DNA of 64,000 nucleotides from the human T2T-CHM13v2.0 reference genome, Homo sapiens (GCF_009914755.1 NC_060927.1); one strand, 5' to 3'; numbered from the stretch's first letter, positions 26,516 to 43,807 are shown. Made by a program: numbers and translations. Notes: generated by a model from the letters alone, not told the origin.

Positions 26516-26748
26516 TACAAAAACCCTTTTATAAGATGAAGCTTATTAATATAATAGCTTATATATAGATAGGTAAATCTGATTTTACAATATTCAAGTG
26601 ATCCATATTCTAATGAATTTTAATTTGTAAACATAGCTAAAGTCATAAATTGGAGAAACTCAGAGGTGATTTATCTGACTACCTTGAAAAGAACTGGAAA
26701 AATATACCAAATATTTCAAGGTATGTCAATTGATACATAATTCATTTA

Positions 26749-27077
<329 letters not shown>

Positions 27078-27374
27078 GTTAGTAAAATAGTTTATAAAAA
27101 TTTAAAATTATTTCTAATTTTTAAAGAAAATTCTTAGACTATATTGCATATAATGTGCAAAATAACTACTGTTATAATACTGTAAATGAAATCTCAACCT
27201 GAACCAAATTCACTTTGTTATAGTTGTTTTTCTTTACTTTTATGGCATATTCAGTTATTTATGACTGATATAATGCTGAATTTACAGTTGAGAACGCACA
27301 CCTTCAATTACAGCATTATGCCAATGGCAAAATACAATTCACTCTACAGTAATTCTCTCAATTCTAGTTTCTAG

Positions 27375-27621
27375 CCTTCACTCAATTGTGTTGCCAGAGT
27401 TAAAAGAACTGCAAAATCAATCCTCAGACCAAAATATTAAAAGAGAAGAAATTCTAGTCTTTCCATCATCTAAATGAAAAGTAAACAATTATTTCAGGCA
27501 CCTCTATATTTGACATTGTGTTGACAACATATTGGGATGAAAGTATAACATGTTCAGTGTTCCTTTGGATGTTAGGGATTGGATAGATGCTGTCAACATT
27601 AGCTAAAGACTGTGGTAGAAG
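27375..27621 (+). pseudogene. Candidate decayed exon, paralog B
   Basis: tagtttctAG| opens LHSIVLPELKELQNQSSDQNIKREEILVFPSSK*; donor gaag|GTatgt at 27621/27622. Confidence 0.35.
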
Positions 27622-29065
27622 GTATGTATTTTGAAACACAGCTGCCAAGACAATTACCCATTTTCACTTTATCTAACCTAATCTGTGGCTTTGCCTGTCA
27701 CACAACCATAATCACTAGAGAAAGTCACCTTTTATTGAGTAATAGTTGCTTGTGAAAATATCTTACCTTTTATAAGTATTGGCAATTGTGGCTAATTGCT
27801 AAAGCTAATGACTACTTTCTCAAAAACATCAAAATATCTTATTAGTATGTATTTTTGGAAGTGCAAGTGTGTTCAGTTTCTCAACTTTCACAGTGAGAAG
27901 TCAACAAATGCATTAATTCTTTTTTAAAGTATTTCCCTTCAATTTGATGTCAAGTCAACCTTAACTTTTCTGGGTAATGTAAACTGCTGCTGAAATTAGG
28001 CAGGTATGAATTTCAATCCTGATTCTATTATAGATTGTTCAGCTGGGCTGTCTTGTGTTTTTTGCACCTGCTTGCTTTCCTTTGCATTTCAAGATGTCTC
28101 AAAGGAGGATGATGTATCAACTTATTAGGAATTCTTTAACTGAATGAGTTTCAAGAGGTTTTTTGGGTTTTGTGTGTGTGTGTGTAATTATGGGCTTGGT
28201 AAGTGTATAAATTACAAGCATTTAACCTTTAAAACAACTAAATCACTAAACAAAAACAGCATTTATAAGTTCAGCAATACAGGATACGGTCTGGTAGAAA
28301 AATTTTCTTACATTTAGGAAACCACTGTGTAAAACCTTAGAATTCTGAGTTAGCATCAATCTTTTTATCTTACATTATTTTGATCTCTGGAAGCCTGGTT
28401 GTCAAAAGTACCCTGTCTTAGTTTCTAACAAAGATGGACATATTTGCCTTTTCCTATCTCCACGCAAAAAGTTGGACAAATACGTAGAACTCTATCTGAC
28501 CATCTGGGTTTCATTTTAACTTTTACTTTACGTTCTGGTTCTTTACCTCCTCTACCAATTATACTGAAGAAATAAAAAAAGAGAACAGTAAAATTCCTGT
28601 GAAAGAATCACTCCAGGGATCTTGGAATTTTATTGGTTATCAAGGTGAAAGGAAACTCATTCTCTGTGATATCTGAAATTACAGGACTGATAATTTAAAG
28701 CCCTTATACCAATAGTTTGTATCACATATAAAAGTCCACAGTGGAACTTGAGAGAATCCTACATGAATTTCTAACTCTTCATACACACTATCTTACTATC
28801 ATAAACATTGAAAACATTATGAAATAATCTGAAATGAATATGATTAGATATGTTTTTAGTAGTAGCCTACTTGAGAAATAATATTAAACCAACAAGACTT
28901 CTTTTAAAAATGTGCAGTATCCCAAAGCTATAAGAGATAAACAAAATTGTTTCATTCCTGGCTCCAAACTCTTGGCTTTTTACTTCCTCTGTTATACCTG
29001 CCTCTGTAACTCTTGAATTTGGCACATTTTTAGACTCTTCTCCTGCCATTGTGTATATTGGTTCC

Positions 29066-29765
<700 letters not shown>

Positions 29766-29849
29766 GTTCGCCTGCCCGTGATGACTCCTTTAACCTCACT
29801 GTCTCTCCTATCCTCAAAGGCCAGTAATTGAATTTTCTGTAAAAATAGA

Positions 29850-30400
29850 GGATTTGCAAAGTTTCCCTTGTGCTTCACAGACATCTTCAGAAAGAAACTT
29901 GAATTTGACATGTTCAAAACTGAATCTACTGTCATCCAAACAAGCCACATCCTTCTTTTGACTTCTATATATCAGACCACACCACCAGCATTCTTTCAGT
30001 TACCCAAACTTCTTTTCCCCTTTCTCCTCATAATGTCAAGCCATATAGGCTCCACCTCAAAATTCTCACATCCCTTTTAGCTTTTCTATTCCAAGCTCAG
30101 TAACCTCTTAACCCGTTTCCCAGCCACCAACTCTTACCATTTCAATCAGGCCTGTGAACCACCTCTCAAATAATTATTTTAATAACAGATCCAATAATAT
30201 TACTTCCTTGACAAGAAGTCCTCAATGTTTCTCATTGCCTACCAACTTAACGTAAATTCTCTCTCTGGCATTCAAGATCATCTAAAATATATCTGGCACT
30301 TATCTTGCTCTACACCTTACACCCTGATTTGGACCTTAAACTCTCACCATGCTCAATAGCCCAATCTTCTCTGAACAGACCTGAACTTTGTTCCCTTGCT
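29850..30400 (+). mobile_element. L2 fragment
   Basis: 'gacatgttcaaaactgaa' and 'cctcaatgtttctcattgcc...ctggcattcaag'. Confidence 0.55.
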
Positions 30401-30449
30401 GTCTTCCCCTGCCACACCCCCACTAAGAATCATCCTAGTCCCTTCTGTC

Positions 30450-30655
30450 CAGAACAACACTTTCCAATAGAACTTTCTGTGAGAATGGAAATGATCTACA
30501 ATTTTGTGCTGATGAATACAGTAGCTGGAAGCAACATGTAATAGTTAACTCTTGGACATTTGGCTGGTGCAACTGGAGAGTTAACTTCTTAATTGTATTT
30601 GATTCTAATTAATTTAAACTTTCACATGTGGCTGGTGGCTACTGGACAGTGCAAG
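30450..30655. mobile_element. MER3 (hAT-Charlie)
   Basis: 'tccaatagaactttctgtgagaatggaaatg...cacatgtggctggtggctac'. Confidence 0.85.
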
Positions 30656-30829
30656 CCTAGATGCTGTTTTCATTTCATAGAATTTTCTCCATTCTCTAGA
30701 GGTCAACCATCTACTCTGATGCCATCACTGATTTCCCTGGTTGGGATAATTTTTTTTTACCCTTATAATAATTTAACTGTGTCTTTTTCACAGCTTGTAT
30801 TACTCAATAAGATAATATGAAAAAAAGCA

Positions 30830-31520
30830 GTGATGACAGGCCTAGATTCTAGATGCACATTGCCATACACTAGCTGTGTAACTTTGGGCAATTTTTCTCG
30901 TTTCTCCAAGCATCAGTTCCATCATTGATCATTTCATCATACCTCACAAGGTGTGAGGATTAAATAAGAAAAAAAAAAACAAGTAAAATGCTTAGTTTGG
31001 TTTTATGGTAAGTATTTGTGTGCAAATCATTGATAAATTCTTTACAATTATGAATTCAGTATCTGTTGAGCATTCACTCATCACTTTGCATGCCAAAATA
31101 AGTAAAATACAGTCCCCTGCCATCCTTTAACTCATAGACTGATGTGGCAGTGATTCTTATCTTAAGTGTCCTTCTGCATTTTGAGTCCTGAAGAGCAGAA
31201 ATTGTGCTTGCTTTATCTTTAGGGCCTGCTAAGAGCTTTGAACGATATTAGGTACATAAGATACTATCAATAAATATTTGCTAAAAGAGTGTTAATCTCC
31301 TCCTCCACCCTTTTTAAAACATAGGTAGGCTTTGTTTGTACTTCTCCAATGACATCTATTTTACTCTATCTTGTATTGCAGTTACTTGTTTGTGCATTTA
31401 ATCCATCCTCTCCCTACCTCTCAAACACTACCTAATCAATATATATTTGAGAACAGTGTCTACCTCATTGCTTTTGATGTTTATATTATATAGTCATTGT
31501 GTTCCTCAGGAATTCAGTAA
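30830..31520. mobile_element. MIR followed by several L2 3'-end fragments
   Basis: 'ctagctgtgtaactttgggcaa'; 'tcaataaatatttgct'. Confidence 0.55.
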
Positions 31521-33889
31521 GTGCTTTCCTCCCTTTTCCTTTTCTAGTAAATAAATGGAATTTAAAGCTAAACTGAGGTATCAAGAAATGAAAACAGGAA
31601 TTTCTATTGTTCTCTGCACATGTATCCTGTGGGAAGGTTAAACAGGATTTTGACTTTACCAGTTCTTTTCCCATGCTTACTTTCAGATATTTCTCTATGA
31701 AGTAGACTATGCCCTGGATTGTGCAGTATAAAACAAATGTTTAGTTTTTTAGGTTTTTTTTCTTTTTTTAAATAACGTTCTGAACATTGTTAACACATGG
31801 CACAATATTTTAGATTCCTATGGATAGCAATGCTCCCACATTGTAGCTGCAACTTTGTGTCCCTAAGAATTAAGAATAGAGTATACTTTATGTGATCTTT
31901 ATATAATTTTCTATACAATAATACCTGTCTAGTGTACACCGATTATAATACTCACTTGTGGAAAGATTTTTGGTGATATGGAGTGATTTGCCTAATCTTG
32001 TTTCATTTTTACTCTCTAAATCTTATTTTACAATTATAATTCCTATTATTTGAATGTATAGGTCATCTTTACTAGCTACAGTAAAGCCATCTTTATTACT
32101 CTAAAACACCAATTGCTTCTGAATCATGACACTCTGTTAAGGCAAAGAGTTTTTTAAATTTATGATTAAAAGTTATCCTTGATTTTCCATCTCAGAACTG
32201 TAAGTTGTAAAATACAACCACCACCAAATAGTTTGCAAGTAATAAATGTCTCTTTAAATATAAAAGAAAAATGATATTAATTAAAAGTTTTTAAAAGTGA
32301 AAATTATGCTTATAAAAATAAAAATCAGAAGTCATTTTTAGCCTAAAGCCAGCAAAATATAACTATTACAAATAATTTACAATTTAAACAATAAAATTAA
32401 AAAAGAAAGACTATGAATTTGACTAAAGTTATAAAGTGTAACTGCATGAGCTCACTGTCTTTTCTAATATATCCTACTAATTAGAAGCATACGAAAAATA
32501 CATCTAAACACTAAATAAAAATTTTAGCTTGAGGTTTGGGCAATACTTATGCTCTTGAAATTATTTACCACTGCTAAGTAAGCTTTAAACTGGGTATAAT
32601 TTAATAAATGTTAGGTTAAATCATTGGTGTTTTGTGAAATTCAACTAGTATTACATGATCCTGTCTGACTGAGGCTTTGCACATTCCATACACACTCTTC
32701 AGAGAAGATAATTACACACTGAGAAAGCTTTGCAATAAATCAGGTGGACTTCTGAAAGCAAATTACTATTAAGAGGTGAGGCACTTTTGTCATATTTGCT
32801 GGAATTTGCTGGAAAATCATATAGAAACATGTGATTTGTTTTATAGATTCTCAAGCTTATATTTATAATATTCTTCAACAGAGTAGATTATTTCCTTATT
32901 ATCAACTAGGTGACCTTCCAGAATCTATTAGAATTTCTATAACCCCTAAACCCTCAGTCGTGTAATAGCACAAAATTAACAAAAAAAAAAGTCATCAAGT
33001 GATTATTTAAATAAAAACTGTTTTTATCACTTTTGTTTTGGAATAAAAATGTTTTAAAGGGCACATTTTCACTTAGGAAATGCTGAAAGATAAACTGCTT
33101 CTTTGACATGGGAAACTAGAAACATATAAAGGATATCTTAAAATATTACATTGGCGTTAGCAGGGAAGTGAGTTAAAAAGGAAATGAGTGGAATTTCATA
33201 AAATATACCTAACTTAAAAAAAAGTATTAATCTGTTCAAATCAGTTCTTATATTGCTAGCTAGAATCTGATCTCTTTACTGAATCAATTTGTTGTTGAAT
33301 AATATTAATGCCCCTTTTTTCATATTAAATATGGAATGACAATAAGAAGTCAGGGTTACTAAAGATAATGGAAATTTGATTTCCTTGAAATCTCTGCTGC
33401 TTTGTCTTTGGTGTCACCATTTATTTCTGCATTCTTTTTAAAACTCATTTTTCTGGATAAACTTAAAATTACTTAAAAGACTTAACTTCCACACTGAAAG
33501 AGCTTATCTGCCCTGGTCCCCTCTTTTACAGAGAATAAAATGAAGACCTATACAGATTGAGCAACGTGATGGAAATATAGACCTTATATGTGTTACTTCC
33601 CACTCCCTTCCCACTTTTGGAGGGTTTTGTTACAAGCTTTTAGACCCTCAGTGGCTGATGGGTCTAGAGATCTGAATATTTCTTTGTTTTCTACCTCTAT
33701 TTTCCTTAGCTCATAGCTATCATCTGAATATCCTTGGCTATCTACTCTTGAATTTTTTCCCTCTGAATAACATTAGATTCTTCTATTTCTTCCATTCAAC
33801 TGTGGCAAATACTAATATTTTAAGAATTAACTGCCTTGTCTCCAAGTTTACAACCAAACCTGTTATCTCTTAGATTTGAATTCCACTAT

Positions 33890-34270
33890 ATTCCAAAAAC
33901 TCAGTGGCTCACAGCAATAGGCATTTGTTTCTTGTTCACACATTTGCGATTTGGTGAAGTTTGGTTGATCTAGGACGGCTGCTATTGATGCCACACTGCA
34001 GGTTGGGACTACAGGTCTACCCTATGGGTCTCTCATTCCTCTTGGACTAGTTACATGAGCATGTTATTTTCATGGCCTAAGGCAAAAGACTGCATCTTAT
34101 TTCCCGAGCACATTTTAAGCCTCTGCTGGCTTCATGTCACCAACATTTCACTGGCCAAAACAAGTGACATACCCAAACCCATCATCGACAAGGCAGGGAA
34201 GATATTCCTCTCAAAGAGGTGAGGCCATTGGGCAGTGAGTGAACATTTGCTGAATAATAATTTCATCTGT
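33890..34270 (-). mobile_element. MLT1H/I-like MaLR LTR
   Basis: 'aagcctctgctggcttcatgtcaccaacatttcactggccaaaacaagtgacat...gaacatttgctgaataataat'. Confidence 0.7.
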
Positions 34271-34779
34271 AAACAAGTTTTAGAACTACTGCAAACTATA
34301 CTGATATAATAGTCTCTTCATCAGATGTATTCAAATAATTTTCAATAAATACTTACTGAACATTAACTGGGTGCCAACACTATTCAATCCCTTGTTTTAA
34401 GAACACTCTTCCCACATTTAAATTGGTTTTTCATGGGTGGGAGGTCAATTTTTAGCTAATCTTTTGCCTTTCAATATCTATAATTGTTTTTCTTTGCATA
34501 GCAGTAAAATCCCTCAAAATTCATGAAACAAACTTGCTTGTGATTTAAGTATTAACTTAATTTCCTTTCTTCTTCTTCTATTTTAAGTTTTATTCTGTCT
34601 GTTATGTTCTTACTAAAAGTACACAAATTGGTTAGGTCTTTTCCACGTATCTTTTCTGTAAGACTCCAAGTGCAGCTGAAACATACTTTATGTTAAGGTC
34701 CACCTATACCACTTTACTTTAAACTTATGCTGAAATATTGCACATCAAGACCTTATGGTCATCCTAATTTGATTCAGAA

Positions 34780-35015
34780 TGGTACTATAAATAGGGCCAA
34801 ACTATGTATTCTGGATCCAGGCTGCCTGGGTTCAAGTCCTGGCTGTGTCAATTACTCTTGAGCAAGTACTTTAACCAATCTGTGTCTCAGTTTTCTCATT
34901 ATAAACATCATAGTTATAATAGTACCTACCTTAATTTTGTAATGAAGATTAATAACTTAATTTATATAAATCTCTTAACATAATCCTTTGTAGATAATTA
35001 CAATAAATATTAGCT
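34780..35015 (+). mobile_element. MIR
   Basis: 'gctgcctgggttcaagtcctggct...ctgtgtctcagttttctcat'. Confidence 0.85.
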
Positions 35016-35146
35016 TGGTTGTTATAAGCATTATTATTACTGTTGCTATTTTTAGACTAAGATGTAGGACAAATTGTTTAAAGCTTGAAGCTTCTCAGTT
35101 CGTGAAAGACTTTACCTTGATTGGAAGCTAATAATTATTAAGAATC

Positions 35147-35422
35147 AGACTAGGTGCAGCTGTTCCTACCTGTAATCCTAGTGCTTTGGGAGGCTGAGAC
35201 TGAAGGATTGCTTGAGGTCAGGAGTTCCAGATGAACCTGGGTAGCATAGCAAGAACTCCCACCTGAAAACATTCTCTACTTAAAAAAAAAAAGAAAGAAA
35301 GAAATTTAATTAGCCGGATGTGGTGGTGTGTGCTGTCGTTCCTGTAGTCCCAGCTACTTGGGAGGCTGAAGTAGGAAGATCATTTGAGCCCAGAAGTTGG
35401 AGGCTGTGGTGAGTTACATGAT
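35147..35422 (+). mobile_element. AluJ, 3'-truncated (no tail)
   Basis: 'gaaggattgcttgaggtcaggagttc', expanded A-rich linker, stops at 'gtgagttacatgat'. Confidence 0.85.
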
Positions 35423-37290
35423 TTGATGCCTGCGTATCTAACATCATGACCTGCCTTACACTTTTTTTTCCACGTGTTTCCAATGCATGTGGTTCTCAGA
35501 GCATAACTGCTGTTTCAGAACTCCTTGCTTTGCCCACATTGTTTTTAGCCTGAGGATCTCTAATGGCAGAAAGTTAAGAGGGAGCCCTGGAGCCCTGGAG
35601 CCCTGGATGGTCCTAAGCAGGTCACCCCTTCCTTGGCCTCCACATTTGGAGAAGTAAAAAGCAGAAGTAAAAGGAGGCCTCAGGACTTGGCATGCTTCTG
35701 GCAGGATCTCTTCTCTTCCCTTCTACTAAGACTAATCTCATTATGTTTTTGTCTCTGTTTATATCTTCAAACACAAAAATACCTGGATTCCTGGATAACC
35801 ATTCATCTCTAGATTTTAAAATCAGTGATATACAGTGGTCAATGAGCCAACATCCTTTACTCCAGTATTTTCTATTTGTATTTCTAATATCTCCCTTTCT
35901 TGCTTATTTTAGTTTTTTGGTAGTATTTACTGACATCTGATGTACAACATAATCTATTTATTTGTCCATAAGGACAAGATTATTATCTATAGCCTGGCAT
36001 ATGGGATATAGACGTTTACTAAACGGATGAAGGAATGAATTTCTCCTCTGCTCCTTCCCCTTCTTCTGATTAGTTAACTCCTATTTATTCTTTAGCATTC
36101 ACTTCTGGTGTCGTCTCCTACAGAAAGATTTCCCTGGTATTTCCAGGCTGAGGTTGTACACATTAGTCTCTTGTGAACTTTGGCTAACATGAGTCAGTTT
36201 TGTGGAGCCTAGACAGCATTATCTTCAAACATCATTGGCCAGAACTATCCATGCTTGGTACAGAGATGGATATCTGTCTGTCTGTCTATCTTTCTTTCTT
36301 TCTATCTTTCATCTATCTATACCTATATATTTATATCTAAATCTGGAGAAAATTCTGCATCCTTTTCCCCCTTTTCTATATGCTATATATTACCTCCTCT
36401 ATTCCCTGAGGCGACCTTTCCTTTAGAATTATTACTATCCATTGTCTTGATGTGAAGTTCAGTGTGTCAGTGTAGCAGACTTTATAGAAAGGTACAGCCA
36501 GACCTCAGATTAAAACTTTGGTGTTCCAGAAGTTCCCCTGTCAGCCATTTTCTTCACTTAGATCAGACACTTTTACTTAAGTAATTTAACCTCTATATAT
36601 TCACTTATTTAGATTAACTTTGAGTTCCAGAATCTGTGATTGGGAAATTTTAATTTTATTCCAGGTTGGTATTTATGAATGAGAGGCCAATGCACTGTGT
36701 TGGAGGAGAGAAGGTGGAGTAGATCATTCCCATCTAAAAAATATAACAAGCAAATGACCAAAAAAAAAAAAAAAAAAGAAAGAAAGAAAGAAAGAAATCA
36801 GGAAGCAACCCCTGATTAATAATCCCAGGCAGATCTAGAACCAGGAATCCATTCTGGAAAGAGATAAAGTGATAAAGACAGCTAAAAAGCAAGGTCAAAA
36901 ACTTGAAAACATTGCAAGATGCATTTTTGTGTCCTAAAATATATGTATTATTGGACACACACACACACCCACTAGTGAGGTACAATGCCAGTTCCCACTC
37001 TCTTCAACCCAACCCTAAATACACACAATACTACAGAGTTTATCATTACTTCTTAATTCTGTGTGAATAAAGTTTAAATATTTATTGCCAACTATCATCC
37101 ATGTTTGAAAAATCTTAGTGTAATCTTTGAAGCGTCCTTCTTGTTGTATAATTTTGAGGCATTTTGTTAATCTATTTGTCTAGCCATCAAAGTAGTGCAT
37201 TTAAAAAAATCGCATCTATGGCTTTGTTTCTATAAACAAGTCACCCATGAGTGAGCCATCTCTAGCATCTAAAGTCAAAGCAGCAGAAGC

Positions 37291-37625
37291 CTGTCAGTCA
37301 CCAGGGCATTGGCACACTCAAATTGAGTAAATTTGAGGAGAATTTTTTTTAAAAAAAGATTACTTCAAAGGTATGAATGGGGTACAGGGAAACCATGGAG
37401 GATAGTGCAATATGCCAAAGGTAATAACATGTTGTCACCTATAGGCTTAAAAGGGTGATGAGAGGAAACAATTAATGAAACCCAGAAGGACAGTTGTGAC
37501 TTTTACTAGAGGGAGTAGTTGGTCCAAGGAGATCCCTCAATAATGAAATGAGGGGAATAAATACCCTACATCTATCTTCTTCCTCCCACCCATCTCCTAC
37601 TAAGGTTCTTATTCCTCAAGCCAAT
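37291..37625 (-). mobile_element. LTR33-like fragment
   Basis: 'ggcacactcaaattgagtaaatttgaggag...ggggaataaataccc'. Confidence 0.65.
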
Positions 37626-38994
37626 TGGGTACTCATTTTACCAGTTAGATATCTAGGTTCAGATTTTCACTATAATAAATAAAGATGCAAAGAACATCCT
37701 TGTATATATTATCTATTTCTCAGATAATAATACTTTTTTTAGGCTAGCCTAGAAAAAGTATTATTAGATGACAACATATAAATTCTTATAAAGCATTTGA
37801 CACTTTTCAGGGGATCTCTTTATCAGTGTTTAACTGTTTGGTTTTGTTGCACTATAGAAATGGAGTATAACCTGTATATATTATCTTTTTCTGTGTGGCA
37901 TACGACATGTGTTGACCTACTTCTATATTTAACTGATACTGATGCTTACCACCAATCTTTTATACTCTAACTTTCTCACTGTTAAATTCTCAAATTTTAG
38001 TCATCTTTCAATTGGCTACACATATCTTCAAGTAGTTTTGCTTTTTCTTTAAGTAGTGCAAATGAGTGAATTGTTTTTGGAAGCTTTGCATATTTGAACA
38101 TATCTTCGAGTACCCTGCATAAACAATAACTTGGCCAGGGACAACCACCTTCCTTCATCACGATGTAGATGTTACTCCATTTCCTGCTGGGATTAATTTT
38201 TTAATAGATAAGACTGGGGCGAAGCTAATGTCTTTTCTTTTAGAGGAAACTTGCTTTTTCTGACTAGGTGCTTTCAAGACAGTTTCTTCTTGTTTTTTCA
38301 AAAATTTTTCTAATAATTTATTAATTATTTGAGATATGAACAGTCCTGTTGCTCCATTCCAGAAAGTATTATTTAGTCATGTTTTTCATTGTTACTACTG
38401 TTTCAGTTGTTTGGATTCCTTCCTCAGGAATAAATAAAACAGATTAAAGCTTTTGGCAACTTGCAACACATTTGACAGTCAAGACTGGAGCTGTTTATAA
38501 AGAGCCTGTAGCCGCACCCCAGGGCCCTCTCCCCTCCTCCACTTTGAGACCTCTTGCTCTGGCCACTCTTCCTACACATTTGTACCTGGGTTCTGCTTCT
38601 CTGCTTTTAGGCTTGGTGACCTATGCTTCAGGGAGGCAGGTGGCTCCACATTCTGTTGGGGGTCTACCTTGTCTACCATCTTACTCTTGGTTCCAGTGCC
38701 CAAAGCCAAGTCTACCACCTACGATCTTTCTTATCCAGGACAAGAATTCAAACACTTCTAAGAGCCACATTTCCCAAATAGATGTTCTTTTTCTTTGTGA
38801 GGTAAATAGGATAAGTAGCTTTTAGTTGTCACATGTACATGATATCTTTCCACAAAAATGCTCAAACTGTTTTGAAAAATTAATTCAGAAAGATAATCAG
38901 TTGTTTAAAAAACAATCAGATGAATTCAAACAACCAATTTTACCTACTTACTAAACAGTTGCTAACCTGGTATGTCAAATGACCCATCCACATT

Positions 38995-39980
<986 letters not shown>

Positions 39981-41018
39981 ATTTTCAAATTGCTTTAAAT
40001 GTAGAGTCATAAGCAAAAGAACTCTAGAAACTAACTCAATGGTAGATATTCTTACTAATTATTCAAACTGTGTCTCTTTAGGTACCACTGATGCAGAATT
40101 AAAGATTAATTTGTTTCTGTTCTTTCATAACTTGAACTTATAGCTTCAGATTCCTATTGTTAAAGATGTTATTTTAGTCAGTCAATGATGCTTTACATAA
40201 AGCTAGTATTTTAGTTATACTCAACTTTAGCATGGTTACATACACAGCTTGTGTGTATGTGTATTTATGAGTACCTCTGCATGTGACTAAATGAGCTCCA
40301 TCTATACTAATAATTTAAAGTTTTAAGTTTCTTGCCAAAATTCTGCAGTCATAATACCACATATCAGTATTTTTAACACTGAGTTTTCTAAAATTATAAA
40401 TGAAAATCATTTGATTTATTTTATTTATCATATATAAGTAATTTTTTTAAAGTTCAGTATTTAGAATCCTAATTTCCATTGAAGTGATTACTTTCCATAT
40501 ATTCCATATTAGTTATTAATATATCTTATTACATAAAGAATGACTCTTGTTTTCAACAAATGTTAAACATCTATTGTTTACTATGCACTTTCTGAGATGC
40601 TGAGAAAATAGCAGTAAAATAGATGAAGTCATTTTATTCATGGAGTTTTCATTCTGGTTTATGAAGAAAGATGTATATATATATATAAACAAAATTTAAA
40701 ATATATATACAAATTTTATTCAATAGTGAAAACACTATGAAGAAAATAATGTAGAGACTTCTCACTAGGAAAATAAACTGTTAATCCAAATACTCATGGT
40801 AGGGAAAGAATGAAGGAGTGGTGTTTAATTTTCAATCTTCTTTGCTTGTCAGTGATTTCTGGCTCAGTTATTTGATGAGCACTTGGCTGTCCAGCTTTTT
40901 CATAAGCATTACTATTGCATAGCTATTCAATTTAGTATTTTGTAATAGGATTTATAGTTTTTGCAATTATTTTTGAATAGCAAAGATGATAAGATAATTG
41001 ATTAAGAATAAAATTTAT

Positions 41019-41331
<313 letters not shown>

Positions 41332-41727
41332 TTAGTAGTGTAAAGAAAATAAAAGTTAGTTGACTGCAAGGAAAATGATAAGTGGGAAATAAGAGACAGT
41401 AACCAATTTACTGAGTCCTATTATATGCCATTTGCTGGGGTTGGTATAGTAGGGGCATATAGTATATAACAGCATGGATTTCCTGCCTTCATGTTCCTCA
41501 TTCTGGTGGGAAAGAAGACATGCAAACTAACCAAATTATTAAATAGTATAATACAAATGTGGTAGGATAATTTATTGTAATATTAATTTCTGTCTAGTTT
41601 CTCATTCCTAAAAGATTGAAAGGTAATTTTGCTCCCTACTTCAAGTATAGAACAAAGTAAAGCAGTTATGTTCTATTTACCTTTACCAGCTTTTACGTAC
41701 CAGGGCCCCAAACTGTAAATTTGTAGA

Positions 41728-43807
41728 TGTGTTAGGTTGTTATTTCATTTCTATAAAGAAATACCTGAGACTGAGTAATTTATCAAGAAGAGAGGTTTAA
41801 TTGGCTTGTGTTTCTGCAGGCTGTACAAGCATGGCACTACCATCTGCTCAGCTTCTGGGGAGGCCTCAGGGAGATTTTACTCATGGCAGAAGGTGAAGCA
41901 GGAGCAGGTACATCACATGGTGAGAGCAGGAGCAAGAGAAAAGGGAGGGAGGAAGTGCCACACACTTTCAAACAACGAGATCTCATGAGAATTCACTATC
42001 ATGAGGATAGCACCAAGCCATGAGGGATCCACCCCTATGACCCAAACACCTTTCACCAGGCCCCACCCCCAACATTGGGGATTACATTCAACATGAGATT
42101 TGGGGAGGAGAAATGTCCCAACCATATAATTCCACTCCTGGGCCTCCAAATCTCATTTTTTTCTTCCATTGCAAAATATAATAATCTCTTCCAGACAGTC
42201 CCCTAAAGACTTTATTCATTCCAGCACTAACTCGAAATTCCCAAGTCCCAAGTCCAAGTCCAAAGTCTCATATGGAGCTGAGTTCCTTCCACCCATGAGC
42301 CTGTAAAATCAAAACAAGTTATTTACTCCCAAGATACAATGGTATTACAGGCATTAGGTATATTCCCATTCCAGAAGGGAAAAATTGGCCAAATGAAAGG
42401 AGCTATAGGCTCCATGCAAGTCTAAAACCCAGAAGGGCAGCCATTAAATCTTAAAGCTCCAAAATAATCCTTGATTCCATGTCCCATATCCTGGGCACAC
42501 TGGTGCAAGGGGTGGTCTCCCAAGGCCTTGGGAAGCCCCACCCCTGTGGCTTTACAGGTTTTAGCCCCCACAGCTGCTCTCACAGGTTGGAGTTGAGTGC
42601 CTGTGGCTTTTCTAGGAACAGGGTGCAAGCTTCCAGTGGATCTACCATTCTGGGGTCTAGAGGACAGTGGCCCCTTTCTCACAGGTTCACTAGGCAGTGC
42701 CCCAGTGGGGACTCTGTGGGACCTCCAGCCCTACATTTCCCATCTGTACTGCCCTAGTAGAGGTTCTGTGTGAGGGCTCTGCCCCTGCAGCAGGCTTCTG
42801 CCTGGGCACCCAGGCTTTCTCATACATTCTGTGAAATATAGGCAGAGATTGCTTGCCAAGCCTCCTTCACTTTTTCACTCTGTGCAACTACTTAACACTA
42901 TATGGAAGTCACCAAGGCTTATAGCTTGCACCCTCTGAAGCAGTGGCCTGAACTGTATCTGGGATCCACTGAACTGAGGCTGGAGCTGGAGTGGCCTAGA
43001 TGCAGGGAGCAGAGTCCAAAGGTTGCACAGGGGAGTGGAGGCCTGGACCTGACCTACTAAACCATTCTTTCCCCCTAGGCCTTTGGACCTGTGATGGGAG
43101 GGGCTGTCTTGGAGATCTCTGAAATGCCTTGGAGGCCCTTTGCCCATTGTCTTGGTTTTAGCACTTGCCTCCTTTCAGCCATACTAATATCTCTAGCAAG
43201 TAGTTGCTCCATAGCCCCCTTGAATTTTTATCTCAATAATGCTTTTTCTTTCTTTGCCAAATGGCTAGGTTGCAATTTTTCTGAACTTTTACACTTTGCT
43301 CCCCCTTTAAATATAACTTCCAACTTTAAGTCATTTATTTACTCCCATATCTGAGTGTAGGTTGTTAGAAGCAACCATGTCACATCTTGAACACTTTGTT
43401 GCTTAGAAATGTCTTCCACCAGATACCCTAAGTCATCACTCTAAACTTCCATAGATCCCAAGGTCATAAACAGAATGCAGTCAAGCTCTTTGCTAAGGCA
43501 TAACAAGAGTGACCTTTGTTCCAGTTTCCCATAAATTTCTCATTTGCATTAGAGACCTTGTCAGCCTCAAATTCACTGTTCATATCACTATCAGCATTTT
43601 GATCACAACCATTTAACCAGTCTCTCAAAAGTTCCAAACTTTCCTTCATCTTCCTGTCTTCTGAACCCTCCAAACTCTTCTGACTTCTGCCCATTACCCA
43701 GTTCCAAAATCGTTTCTACATTTTTAGGTATCTTTATAGCAATACCCCACTACTGGTACCAATTTTCTGTGTTCAGCCATTCTTACATGCTAAAAAGACA
43801 TACTTGA
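41728..43807 (-). mobile_element. MSTA-like provirus: LTR 41728-42129, internal 42130-43767, 40-bp stub of second LTR 43768-43807
   Basis: MSTA LTR motifs ('gaggatagcaccaagccatgagggatcc'); internal region homologous to the THE1 internal sequence at 23790-25323. Confidence 0.9.
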
